This document shows positions 1 to 12,105 of a stretch of DNA of 64,000 nt, piece after piece. This DNA comes from Leucoraja ocellata. Lineage: Eukaryota. The stretch's first letter is position 1. Every line of letters starts with the position of its first letter. The translations under genes were made by a program, and so were the position numbers. The notes beneath the pieces were generated by a model, which was not told the origin of the DNA, ran no database searches, and saw only the letters and a list, made by a program, of their open reading frames with translations. The DNA is taken from contig JAWMAR010000755.1 in the NCBI GenBank assembly GCA_036785375.1, forward strand, positions 558,001-622,000. Reading direction: 5' to 3'.

Positions 1-114
1 TGTATCATATCCCTTTATTTACCAACAATGGCTGGGATCAATGCATACATTTGAATGCCACACGTGACAAATTCACAGATGCATAGAAAATACAATGATA
101 AATTAAAATTCAAG

Positions 115-1175
115 TCATAGAAACATAGAAACATAGAACATAGAAAATAGGTGCAAGCGTAGGCCATTCGGCCCTTGGAGCCTGCACCACCATTCAATAT
201 GATCATGGCTGATCATCCAACTCAGTATCCTGTACCTGCCTTCTCTCCATATCCCCTGATCCCTTTAGCCACAAGGGCCACATCTAACTCCCTCTCAAAT
301 ATAGCCAATGAACTGGCCTCAACTACCTTCTGTGACAGAGAGTTCCAGAGATTCACCACTCACTGTGTGAAAAATGTTTTTCTCATCTCGGTTCTAAAGG
401 ATTTCACCTTTATCCTTAAACTGTGACCCCTTGTCCTGGACTTCCCCAACAATGGGAACAATCTTCCTGCATCTAGCCTGTCCAACCCCTTAAGAATTTT
501 GTAAGTTTCTATAAGATCCCCTCTCAATCTCCTAAATTCTAGCGAGTAGAAGCCGAGTCTATCCAGTCTCTCTTCATATGAAAGTCCTGACATCCCAGGA
601 ATCAGTCTGATGAACCTTCTCTGTACTCCCTCTATGGCAAGAATGTCTTTCCTCAGATTAGGAGACCAAAACTGTACATAATACTCCAGGTGTGGTCTCA
701 CCAAGACCCTGTACAACTGGAGTAGAACCTCCCTTCTCCTATACTCAAATCCTTTTGCTATGAATGCTAACATACCATTCGCTTTCTTCACTGCCTGCTG
801 CACCTGCATGCCTACTTTCAATAACTGGTGTACCATGACACCCAGGTCTCGTTGCATCTCCCCTTTTCCTAATCGGCCACCATTTAAATAATAATTTCCC
901 CCTTATCCTTAAACTGTGGAAGCTGGGGGGCTCATGCTGCCCCCCAGCTTCGTGTCATCCGCAAACTTGGAGATTGCATTCAATTCCCTCCTCCAAATCT
1001 TTAATATATATTGTAAATAGCTGAGGTCCCAGCATTGAGCCTTGCGGTACCCCACTAGTCACTGCCTACCATTGTGAAAAGGACCCGTTTACTCCTACTC
1101 TTTGCTTCCTGTCTGCCAGCCAGTTCTCTATCCACATCAATACTGATCCCCCAATACCGTGTGCTTTAAGTTTAA
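115..1175 (-). mobile_element. CR1 LINE 3' fragments
   Basis: RT C-terminus (RPHLEY..QFWSP), (CATAGAAA)n tail at ~116-145. Confidence 0.9.
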
Positions 1176-1299
1176 GAAGAATGCTATGGTGGAGTGCAGG
1201 AAACTATAATTGCCTGTATGCACATTAAAATTTTCAATACTCCTCGTGTTTTCCTCACAAATCGGGTAACTACTGTTTCTATCTATCTCCTCAGATAAC

Positions 1300-2735
1300 T
1301 CAAGATTCCAGATTCGAGAGAGTTTATTGTCATGTGTCACTGATAGGACAATGAAATTCTTGCTTTGCTTCAGCACAACAGAACATAGTAGGCATGACTA
1401 CAAAACAGACCAGTGTGTCCATATACTTGATATAAATATATACACACATGAATAAATAAACTGATGAAGTGCAAATAACAGATAATGGGCTATTAATGTT
1501 CAGAGTTTTGTCCGAGCCAGGTTTAATAGCCTGATGGCTGTGGGGAAGTAGCTATTCCTGAACCTGGTTGTTCAGATTCAGATTCAGATTCAGATTCAGA
1601 AAACTTTATTGTCTGTCGTAACGGAAAATCTTCTTTGACGTGGCTCAACATACAGACAGGACAATGTACTGATAAGCAGTCATACAACACAGATTTCTGC
1701 GAGCACACACAGTGTGTATCGATCTTAAAAGCAAATATAAAGATTAAAAACTGTAAAAATAGACAAGATAAAAGTTGTGGATACGTGTAAAGTGACAATG
1801 GGTTAATTTGTCCATTGTTCATTGTTTATTGAAGCTGTTTATGGCAATGGGTATGAATGAGTTTTTGTGGATGTTTTTCTTGGATAGGGGGACTTTATAT
1901 CGGCGGCCTGATGGCAGAAGTTGGAAAGACTTGTGCAGGGAGTGGGTGGGATCCTGTGTAATGAGATTGGCTTTCCTTTTAACTGCCTGGGTGTGGAGTA
2001 CTGATAATTGATTTTGAGTTTTGCCAGTTATTTTGCTTGCCTGATTGATGATCCGTCTTCAGGCTCCTGTACCTTCTACCTGAAGGTAGCAGGGAGATGA
2101 GTGTGTGGCCAGGATGGTGTGGGTCCTTGATCATACTGCCAGCCTTTTTGAGGCAGCGACTGCGATAAATCCCCTCGATGGAAGGGAAGTCAGAGTTGAT
2201 GATGGACTGGGCAATGTTTACTACTTTTTGTAGTCTTTTCCTCTCCAGGGCGTTCAAGTTGCCGAACCAAGCCACGATGCAACCGGTCAGCAAGCTCTCT
2301 ACTGTGCACCTGTAGAAGTTAGAGAGAGTCCTCCTTGACAAACCGACTCTCTGTAATCTTCTCAGGAAGTAGAGGCGCTGATGAGCTTTCTTAATAATTG
2401 CATCAGTGTTCTCGGACCAGGAAAGATCTTCAGAGATGTGCACGCCCAGGAATTTGAAGCTCTTGACCCTTTCAACCATCGACCCGTTGATATAAATGGG
2501 GCTGTGGGTCCCCATCCTACTCCTTCTAAAGTCCACAATCAATTCCTTGGTTTTGCTGGTGTTGAGGGCCAGGTTATTGTGCTGGCACCATATGGACTGT
2601 TGCTCGATCTCTCTTCTATACTCTGACTCATCCCCATCAGTGATACGTCCCATAATAGTTGTGTCGTCAGCGAACTTGATGATGGAGTTGGCACTGTGAC
2701 CGGCTACGCAGTCATGAGTATAGAGTGAGTACAGT
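1300..2735 (-). mobile_element. Rex1/Babar-like LINE 3' part, with a nested 3' end of another LINE (~1572-2045, (TCAGAT)n tail)
   Basis: ORF 1979-2653 (KFLGVHISEDLSW...LLPSGRRYRS). Confidence 0.75.
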
Positions 2736-2851
2736 GATATCTCTTCAGATATCTCTATTAGATTTTTCTACACCATCCGCCCTACCAGTCCATTGAAACA
2801 CTATCCAACAAATATGCTCAATGATTGATTGGTTAGAATGGGCCTTCATTC

Positions 2852-3449
2852 AACAGGGTCCTGGTGAGACCACACCTGGTGTATTGCGTACAGTTTTGGT
2901 CTCCAAATCTGAGGAAAGACATTCTTGCCATAGAGGGGGTGCAGAGAAGGTTCACCAGACTGATTCCTGGGATGTCAGGACTTCCATATGAAGAAAGACT
3001 GGATAGACTTGGCTTGTACTCGCTAGAAATTAGAGGATTGTGGGGGGATCTTATAGAAACTTACAAAATTCTTAAGGGGTTGGACAGGCTAGATGCAGGA
3101 AGATTGTTCCCGATGTTGGGGAAGTGCAGGACAAGGGGTCACAGTTTAAGGATAAAGGGGAAATCCTTTAGGACCGAGATGAGAAAAACATTTTTCACAC
3201 AGAGAGTGGTGAATCTGTGGAATTCTCTGCCACAGAGGGTAGTTGAGGCCAGTTCATTGGCTATATTTACGAGGGTGTTAGATGTGGCCCTTGTGGCTAA
3301 AGGGATCGGGGGTATGGAGAGAAGGCAGGTACGGGATACTGAGTTGAATGATCAGCCATGATCATATTGAATGGCGGTGCAGGCTCGAAGGGCCGAATGG
3401 CCTACTCCTGCACCTATTTTCTATGTTTCTATGTTTCTATGTTTCTATG
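2852..3449 (+). mobile_element. CR1 LINE 3' fragment
   Basis: ORF 2864-3361, (TTTCTATG)n tail. Confidence 0.9.
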
Positions 3450-4584
3450 CTCATTGGAAGCAGCATCTGAAAATCAACATCACATGAATCATCCCTAATG
3501 CCGATCATTTCTCCAATCGCTCCACAGATCTACAATTCCCCTCCTGCACTATGCCATCCATTAATTTCCTTCCCATCTCTTCATGACATTTTAATAGAAT
3601 GTTGTGTTTGCTTTGTTACCAATTTCCTCTACTGCCTTTTTTGTAACCAATCTCGATATTGACATGTTATCTGTATGGCTGTACGGTGACCACACATTTC
3701 ACTGTACCAACTGGGACATGTGACAAATAAATGTATCTTGATATTGGAATGGACAGTCCCAATATTGTTCGAATGGCTCATATTGATAACAACGAATGTG
3801 TAGGAAAGAACTGCAGATGCTGCTTTAAATGAAGCTAGACACAAAATGCTGGAGTAACTCAGTGGGACAGGCAGTGTCTCTGGAGGTCTGAAGAAGGCTC
3901 TCGACCCAAAACGTCACACATTCCTTCTCTCCAGAGATGCTGCCTGGCCCGCTGAGTTTCTCCAGCATTTTATGTCTACCTAANNNNNNNNNNNNNNNNN
4001 NNNNNNNNNNNNNNNNNNNNNNNNNNNNNNNNNNNNNNNNNNNNNNNNNNNNNNNNNNNNNNNNNNNNNNNNNNNNNNNNNNNNNNNNNNNNNNNNNNNN
4101 NNNNNNNNNNNNNNNNNNNNNNNNNNNNNNNNNNNNNNNNNNNNNNNNNNNCTCCTCTCTCCTCTCTCTCCCTCTCACACACGCAAGCACACGCACACCA
4201 CGAAGCATTTTAATATAAATTTGAGGAATTCCGAACATATTTTACGAAAAACTGCACGATGAGACCAATCTTTCAACCATCTTATTCATCTTATTTACAA
4301 CTATACCGTGAGTTTATATTGTGTAAGGGGCGGATTAGTACGCTGTTTTATTAACCTCGTGTGCATGTGTATCAGTTAATAGATGTGATATCGTGAGTCC
4401 ATCTCGCTGTTGAGTTTGGAGCCGTGTCTCAGCTCCGCCCGCTGCACCACTGGTCCCACCCACAGCCGCGCCCACTTTTGCCGGGTATTTAATTCTCTCT
4501 AAGAGGGGCCGAAGTCCAACTTCCTTGCAGTGGGTTTGTTGCGAGGTTCTGTACAGAAACAACCGGGTCACACTTCCCAGCGGG

Positions 4585-4630
4585 ATGATGTCTGCGGTTT
4601 CACTCAGTCTGTTCCTGGCGTTAATAGTCC
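4585..4630 (+). CDS. IGHV: IgH leader exon (MMSAVSLSLFLALIV + phase-1 base)
   Basis: ATG at 4585, hydrophobic signal peptide, donor C|GTGAGT at 4631; splices in frame to the V exon at 4804. Confidence 0.9.
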
Positions 4631-4803
4631 GTGAGTAATGAGTTGGACAAATTCCTCACGCATTTCTCAGTGCTATATCCCCTACACCATTCCCCTTCTA
4701 CCCACTCTAGAACCCTCACAATTTATTTCCTATTGATAATTAGAGTGGGGGATTCATGGTCAATATTTTATCCTCGCCATTCATGCCTTTTTTTAACTTG
4801 CAG

Positions 4804-5107
4804 GTGTCCATTCCGATGTCGTTCTCACTCAGCCCAAGACAGGGACCGCCGTTCCTGGAGGATCCATCACACTGACCTGTAAAACCAGCGGGTTCACTCT
4901 TAGCAGCACCTATATGTCTTTGGTCCGTCAGGTCCCCGGGCAGGGGCTGGAGTGGCTGCTTCGCTACTACAGTTCTTCTAACAAGCATTTCGCTCCAGGG
5001 ATCGAGAGCCGATTTACTCCGTCCAAAGACAATTCGAATAATATGTTCACCGTGATCGCCAGGAACCTGAAGATCGAAGACACCGCTGTCTATTACTGTG
5101 CGACAGA
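4804..5107 (+). CDS. IGHV: Germline VH segment, IgM type ([11 protein letters not shown]...LTCKTSGF...[12 protein letters not shown]...[10 protein letters not shown])
   Basis: Acceptor TTGCAG at 4798-4803, both canonical Cys, YYC motif, open frame, followed directly by heptamer CACAGTG. Confidence 0.95.
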
Positions 5108-5146
5108 CACAGTGTGAGCATTCAGTGTCAGACCCGTACAACAACG
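5108..5146 (+). promoter_or_regulatory. VH 3' RSS, 23-bp spacer
   Basis: CACAGTG 5108-5114, 23 nt, nonamer ACAACAACG 5138-5146. Confidence 0.9.
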
Positions 5147-5483
5147 GCAACGGTTGGGAAGTCCAGCTTTTACCATCAAAGACTAGAGGTGAGCAATTAT
5201 TTCAACAGCTATAATAACAGTCGGGAAATGGAGGCAAACTACCATTCGCAAATCCAACACGATATTCAAAAATGTAACCAAATGTATGAGGTTTTTTTAT
5301 ATTCGCCTCACGCATACCGATAGCGTTGTGTAAAATCATAGACCACGAAAATATACTCATTCCATAACGCAAGTGAGACGAAGGGAGATTGTTGGTGTTA
5401 TGTATATTTACTGTGTTCTCTGTGAACTGCTGGACCATTTAAAATCGTGTTTCAAATGAAACCTGAGTGTGGACTGTATGTGA

Positions 5484-5562
5484 GGTTTTTGTGCGGGTCT
5501 GTCTCACTGTGTACAACAGGGGGTCACGGTGCTGCAAACAGCGACTTCCTCGTACAAAAACC
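5484..5562 (+). other. IGHD: D1 segment (TACAACAGGGGGT, 5512-5524) with 12-RSS and 22-RSS
   Basis: GGTTTTTGT-12-CACTGTG (5484-5511) and CACGGTG-22-ACAAAAACC (5525-5562). Confidence 0.93.
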
Positions 5563-5814
5563 TGGGCACCTAGTTTTACCCTGCTCCAACCTACAAGCAC
5601 CGTAGGAGAGGCCGTGTGAAGCAAATTCAAATGAATTTTCACCGCTTAAAGTTACATGGATTGTTTCCAGAAATGTCCAACTGTCTTCCGAACAATTAAC
5701 GTTATTTTATATGAGCTTTAGAAGAACAGCGTTTAGCTTTACAAGTGACAGCGAAGAGTCCCCTGGGACATCCATCCTCTGTTAGCTGTACATGCATCAG
5801 TTCTTGAAGAGCGA

Positions 5815-5882
5815 AGTATTTGACATGGCATGTTTCACTGTGTATACTGGATGGCACAGCGGTTCCTACCAATACAAAAACA
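5815..5882 (+). other. IGHD: D2 segment (TATACTGGATGG, 5843-5854) with 12-RSS on both sides
   Basis: AGTATTTGA-12-CACTGTG (5815-5842) and CACAGCG-12-ACAAAAACA (5855-5882). Confidence 0.9.
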
Positions 5883-6209
5883 TCCACAACCCATAATACT
5901 GTGATCTGGGCCAGTATATGATATTTTCAATTGAATATTTCATACAACAGGAGCATAAACATGTCCCGGAATATTTCCGCATATTTTATTGTAGAGGTAA
6001 CTTGAGTTAATTTATATTTTATATGTAGATGATTCTTATCACATTTCACTGCCTGTTTAATACACGGGGCCGTGATATGTGATTATTGTTGGAAATGATT
6101 TTTTTAATGCATTCATTGTTTTCAAAGAGCAATAAGACATTTGCTTTAGATGTGAAATACGAATAATTACAGTATTTTTGTTCTTTTTTTGCCTGCCTTG
6201 TGCAGATCA

Positions 6210-6248
6210 TGTTATTGTGTGAAGAACCCCATAGAATGTAACACCGTG
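6210..6248 (+). promoter_or_regulatory. JH 5' RSS, 23-bp spacer
   Basis: TGTTATTGT 6210-6218, 23 nt, heptamer CACCGTG 6242-6248. Confidence 0.85.
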
Positions 6249-6296
6249 CCTATCTTGACTACTGGGGAGGAGGCACCATGGTGACGGTAACCAGCG
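6249..6296 (+). CDS. IGHJ: JH segment (YLDYWGGGTMVTVTS)
   Basis: WGxGT motif, phase-1 donor G|GTAAG at 6297. Confidence 0.95.
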
Positions 6297-6702
6297 GTAA
6301 GAAACTTCATCCTATTCAGTCTCTAGATGTATCCAGTTGTAATTTTAACCTATATTTCCAATAATTATATTAAATTGTTCTTCTACATTAATTACCCATT
6401 CATTGCAATGTTGGATCGATGTTGCTTTAGAATGTAATGTGATTTTGCTGCAGTGAGATTGCCGATTTAAACGCCTTATGTGCTATGACTTTCGATCCTT
6501 TGACTATGAAGTGGATGCGGTTTAGTTCCAAATTAGTGGAACATTTTGCATCAATTTGCTTTCACTATGCTTTCTAATTGTTTGAGATTGTTGTGGTCCT
6601 TGATCTGCGATGCATCGAACTGTATTTTCTAATCAACAGCGGGTACTTGGTCTCAGTTTGTTTCTTCTCAGCGCATATGAAACAAACATAGTAACGGATA
6701 AA

Positions 6703-6920
6703 ATGTACACAAAAAAGCTGGAGAAACTCAGCGGGTGCAGCAGCATCTATGGAGCGAAGGAATAGGTAACGTTTCGGGCCGAAACCCTTATTCAGTCTGA
6801 AGAAGGATTTCGGCCCGAAACGTTGCCGATTTCCTTCGCTCCATAGATGCTGCTGCACCCGCTGAGTTTCTCCAGCTTTTTTGTGTACCTTCGATTCTCC
6901 AGCATCTGCAGTTCATTCTT
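6703..6920. mobile_element. Palindromic Penelope-terminus-derived insertion with 19-bp target-site duplication
   Basis: ~90-bp inverted arms matching the PLE end at 35199-35292; AAACATAGTAACGGATAAA at 6684-6702 and 6921-6939. Confidence 0.8.
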
Positions 6921-7724
6921 AAACATAGTAACGGATAAATCCTGGGTGTAAAATGTTCAAGTTTTTAAAGTGTATGTATTAATTGGTGAAATCGCCTTGC
7001 CACCTTTCATCCAATCGCTAACAAAACTTGCATGGAAGAAGTAAAAATATCTTGCAGCAAAACACAGAAGTGCAAGGGTCAGGGTTAATTGCGCAGTTAT
7101 ATATCTTGATGTACAATGAATAGGAAGGAATAGTGGATGCTGATTTACGCTGCCGATTGACACAAAGCTGGAGTAACTCTGCCTCTCCCGCTGAGTTACT
7201 CCAACTTGTTTTGTCTATCTTGAAGTACAATGAGTTGGCCATGTGAACCAATGTTACAGCAAAGCTAAGAAAGCAAAATCCGTGAAACGCGATCTATAGA
7301 ATGACAATGTACCGGGTGTACTAGGTACAGAGGAACTGAAGGAAATTCACATTATATGGAAATGTTAATCCACGTGTATTGTGTTATTCATCTTTATTTC
7401 AACAATGATTGGCTCTGTGGTCATTGGAACAATGAATTTCGGTGGTGTTTAGACAGAGATATTTGGATTTTTGTGGAGGTTCAGCAAATTTGTGTATGTG
7501 ATTCAACCCATCGGCGGTATGATTCAGCCGGTCACTGTGGGAGACGATATTGTTGCGCAGTTTGACGTGTTTGTACGTTCAATTCGAGTGGCAGCGACCG
7601 GGTATTTCTGTTGTCCGATTATGTTATTTCAATGAACGCAAAGAAGATATATGTTTAAAAATAAAAATAAGAATATATTACTAGAAATCATAAATAGGAA
7701 CAGTAAATGTTGCAAACGCCTAGA

Positions 7725-8030
7725 GGGTCACGCAGCCTGTGGCGAAAGACAAATCCCATAGAGGGGAGCCGAATGACAAGTTGTAGCGCCAGAGACCAGA
7801 CTTCGTTCCCGAAATCAGGTGCAGACGGTGAGAACTGTGCGTTCTCCCTGTGGTTTCTTACTGGTGCTCAGCTTTCCCCCCACAACCCAAAAGAGTGCAG
7901 GTTTGCAGGTTAAATGGCCTGGGTGATTGACCCGGGTGGGTCGGGGGTGAATGCGATAGTGTGATAACGTGGAACTTGTGAGTGGCCCTGGATTTTGTTG
8001 GCAGAAGTGTCTATTTCTATGCTATACCTC
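7725..8030 (+). mobile_element. Degenerate tRNA-derived V-SINE (HE1-like)
   Basis: Core 'gtgcgttctccctgtggtttc...ctcagctttcccccca...gtgcaggtttgcaggttaa'; related copies at ~38475-38660 (+) and 43680-43875 (-). Confidence 0.55.
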
Positions 8031-8361
8031 TACTGAATTCGCCATGGTTTAGTCCCCCAATGATAGTCGACATGGAAAATGCTTGGTTTTCTCTTTCCAC
8101 AGTTGCTGCCTAACCTAATCTGTTTTATGTCAAAGATCACGATTTTTCCCATTTGGAAAATGCGTTGAATGTATAATGGGGAGATTTCGGAACAGTTGTA
8201 GTTTTGGAATAACGTTTAATCCATGGATTTATTAGAAATAGAATTTGAATCCATGTTTGTCTGTGGCTCCCAATGTCATTTAAACATAAAATGTTTCTCT
8301 ATTTAGTAAATTGCTAATGAAAAATATCAGTTTTACGAATAGTTACGGTAAAAAAAAAGAA

Positions 8362-9770
8362 AAATTGGGAAATAAAATGGAATGTTGGAAACTAAATTTT
8401 CTCTGCTATTTTAGACAATAGACAATAGGTGCAGGAGGAGGCCATTCGGTCTTCGAGCCAGCACCGCCATTCAATGTGATTATGGCTGATCTTCCCCAAT
8501 CAGTACCCCGTTCCCGCCTTCTCCCCATATCCCCTGACTTTGCTATCTTAATTTTAATTATAAAACAGGGTATCTCACTAATCCTTGAACAGAGTGGGAA
8601 TTGAAATCGGTGGCTTAGGGGAGGGTTTGAGTGACGTTCAAATTTACATTTGCATTTATTTAATTAAAACATTGATTTAGCAACATTGTGCATTTTCACT
8701 ATTAAACGTAGACTACTATATGACTTAAAACCTTTTCCTGTTAAAGTCACGAAGCAAACTCAGATATTGTTTTAATAGATTGCAGGTTGTAATTTATAAT
8801 TGGTATATTTTTTATTCGTTTCCTATCGGACAGAGATACAATGTTAATCATTCGTTCTTCAGTGCCGATGACATTGGGAACGTTAACTCGTTTTAAAGAT
8901 GCTGGAAACGGAACTGAGCGTCATTGTATAAACATTCATTTCAATGGATTATTATTGAATTCATTAAGGCAATGGTGCACACAGACAAACATTGAAACCT
9001 GTACCAATTTATTTAATTATGAAGTATTTACATGTTCTTACAATGTATATGCTACATTTAGTTTCCAGAAGGTGTGGTACATAACCTCTATTAATTCAGA
9101 TATTATATTGAGAGAGTTATTTTTAATCCTTATAATGTAATCTCATACATGTGTTTAATCTGGTGTGAATGTAATGTTCTTGTCGGCTGGTTTGCGTTTC
9201 GGAATTTACTTGCAATTACTGTCGGCATACAAATGATCGGTATATTCTCGTGAGTGATGGGCCCACAAAATACAAAAAAACGTGTGTTATTTTAAGTGTG
9301 TTATTTGTTGTTAAATAACAGAGCTACCATTTCAATCCCATCCACCCCCTTAGTTGGTTTCGTCCGATGGACACATTTAAGGCCAAATTTCACGAACAAG
9401 ATTGTGATTGTTTATTTTTGTCTTCTCCCAAATTATGTTCGGGAGCCCGACATGGAAAACCCGTTACCCTTCCATTTTCTGTGATTTTGTCAGATAATCT
9501 CTGAACACATTTATAAAACAAAAACTCTTCCCTCTCCCTCCAAATCAAAAGTTTTGCCATGGGCATGCACAGTGGCCCAAGCGAAACCTACCTAAATTAT
9601 TTAATTTTAATTAAATAAATGCAAATGTAATTTTGAACGTCAGTCAAACCCTCCTTTGAACCATTGATTCCAATTCCCACTGTTCACGGATTAGTGGGAC
9701 AACTGTTCTATAATTCAAATAGCAGAGAAAATGTTGTTTCCAACATTGCGCATCATTTCACCAATCTCCA
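8362..9770. repeat. Diverged inverted repeat pair (~170-bp arms) in the J-Cmu1 intron; candidate enhancer
   Basis: 8362-8670 (minus a CR1 insert at 8412-8550) is the reverse complement of ~9604-9770; octamers at 8648-8655 and 9619-9626. Confidence 0.8.
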
Positions 9771-9774
9771 TTTA

Positions 9775-10235
9775 GTTGGGTACATGGAACAACCCATGAC
9801 ATAGACTGGCCCCTATCCCCGAACTCTTCATCCTGTACCCAGACAGAACTCATTGACTTCATTGTCTACAAACTTTGACCATAGATCAAATTCACCGGGT
9901 CCATCCCCAACACATACCTCCTCTTTGTTGATCTCACCGTCTCCATCGCAGGAGTTAGACTATCGACTGACATAAATTGCAAATCTACGGACTCCCACAG
10001 CTATCGGGACTTCACCTCTTCCAACCTTGCCTCCTGCAAAGGCTCTATGTCCTACTCCCAAATTCATCCGTCTCCGTGCAACTGTTCCCAAGACGAGTTG
10101 TTCCATACCAGGATATCCGAGGTCCTCATTCTTTAGGGAGCGGGTATTCCCCACTTTTACCATAGACGAGGCTCTCACACGTGTCTACACTGTATCCTGT
10201 AGTTCCGCCCTTACTCCATCATCCCCAGTTGCAAC
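9775..10235 (+). mobile_element. Penelope-like RT remnant
   Basis: Degenerate coding similar to PLE RT (FVDLTVS...TDSHSY). Confidence 0.6.
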
Positions 10236-10537
10236 AAGGAGTTTGGTGAGATTGTAACCCATAGGCCAACGTTAGTTATAGCCACTGAGTATTGAGCATT
10301 CCTGAGAAACCCTGGGAATTTGACAGTAATTAATACTGGAGGCCTATCGATATATTTCCAACTCTAATATGGACAGTAACTGGCAGATATTGGCACCCCA
10401 AGAAGTTTTCAGCCAATGTTTTCCAAGGTGGGATCAAGGCGGAATGATTAGCTAATAGTTGATGATACTCGGGTGAAGTTGCATGAAATAGAAAACTGGT
10501 TAACGAGTTTAACATTCATGTGGCCTTTGCCTTGCAG

Positions 10538-10834
10538 CGGCTCAATCCCAGCCCAGCCTCTTCATTCTCTTCACCTGTGAGGATCACGGCTCCAGTGGTT
10601 CGTTCACCTACGGTTGTTTGGCGTTGGGCTATTCCCCTGCGGGCGCCAGTGTTTCTTGGAAGATAGATGATAAAGAACTGACCACCGGAGTGAAGGACTA
10701 CCCAGCAGTGTTCAATAAGTTGGGAACTTACACCCGGAGCAGCGAGTTAACCATCACCGAGGCGGAGGCAGGGACAGGCGACATCTTCTGCGTGGTTCAG
10801 CACAACCAAAAAGACTATGTAGAGAAAGTACCAG
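10538..10834 (+). CDS. IGHM: IgM Cmu1 exon
   Basis: Acceptor TTGCAG; AAQSQPSLFILFTC...YGCLALGYSP...VSW...IFCVVQH; extra N-terminal Cys in the light-chain-bonding position; donor G|GTTCGT. Confidence 0.88.
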
Positions 10835-10874
10835 GTTCGTGTTGGGGTGCAGTGCGAGGCCGAGGGTGGAGTTG

Positions 10875-11310
10875 AGAGTCGAGTCAAGAATGTTTTATTG
10901 TCATATGTCCCAGATAGAACAATGAAATGTTTACATGTACACATGCACACATACTCAAAACAAACAATAACAGTGCAATAATGATAATAATAATAATAAT
11001 AGTCTATTGTAGTTCAGAGCATATGAGGTTATAGTGTTTAATAGCCTGATGGCTGTAGGGAAAAAGCTGTTCCTGAACCTGGACGTTACAGTTCTCAGGC
11101 TCCTGTACCTTCTTCCAGTGGTGAGGTGAGTGTGTGGGCAGGATGGTGTGGGTCTCTGATGATGTTGGCTGCCTTTTGGAGGCAGCGACTCCGATACATC
11201 CCTTTGATGATGGGGGGTCCGAGCCGGTAATGGATTGGCCAGTGGTTACAACATTTTGCAGCCTTTTCCGCTCCTGGATGTTCCCGAAACAGGCCATGAT
11301 GCAATCCATA
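10875..11310 (-). mobile_element. Rex1/Babar-like LINE 3' fragment
   Basis: Similar to 1300-2300; frameshifted ORFs 11004-11330. Confidence 0.7.
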
Positions 11311-12105
11311 TAATCCGCGGGATTTGACAATTGGCGATAAGTACTTGACTTAATGTGCCCTGTTCGGTTTTATTCTTCATGTCATACTGACTGTCGAACG
11401 CTCATCTGAGCTCCACGATCCAACAAGTCAAAGACAGACAATTCATGTCGATACAGTGATGTGAAAGTGTGGCTGCATCCACAGATGCCATGTAACATCT
11501 GGAACACTGATAAAACTCCATTCTCAATTTAACTACCAAAGGCTTAAAGTCTCAATAGAAAGTGACACATGCCTTATCCGCCAAATTATTCCAGCCCTTT
11601 GCTTATTTTTTTAATCAAACAACATCTGCTGTTGTTGTTTCGATAAAACGGTGAGTTTTGTTTCCTGGCACCGAGGGGCGAGAGCGATATTCATAATACT
11701 GAAGCACTATCGTTCGTTCTTGTGACGGAACGAAAGGCAGTGCTTCAAATATCGAGACAATTCACCATCTACAAAATCATAAAAAAACAAAAATGTACTT
11801 GTAGAGAGCTTGAAAAGAACTGATTAATGTATTATCATCACCAGCACATCCATATAATTTGTGAGGAACTGATCTATCCATAGATAGGTTACATTTTAAC
11901 TCGCGAACAATCGAAGCGGCTGAGTGCATCATGTTGAGAACATTATCAAGAGTATTAAAAGCACAGACACAGTCACAGAGAACAAAAGCAGAAGTCGGCC
12001 CCATCACATCCCTGTGACAACAACTTACCGAGCTATAATGTCCACATTTACGAGCACTCGATGTACCGCGATGAACAAATAATTTAGCAGCATCTCGGGA
12101 AGTCC

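Noticed and set aside
6297-10537. Mammalian-type class-switch region
   Set aside because: No G-rich or AGCT tandem array seen in the J-C intron
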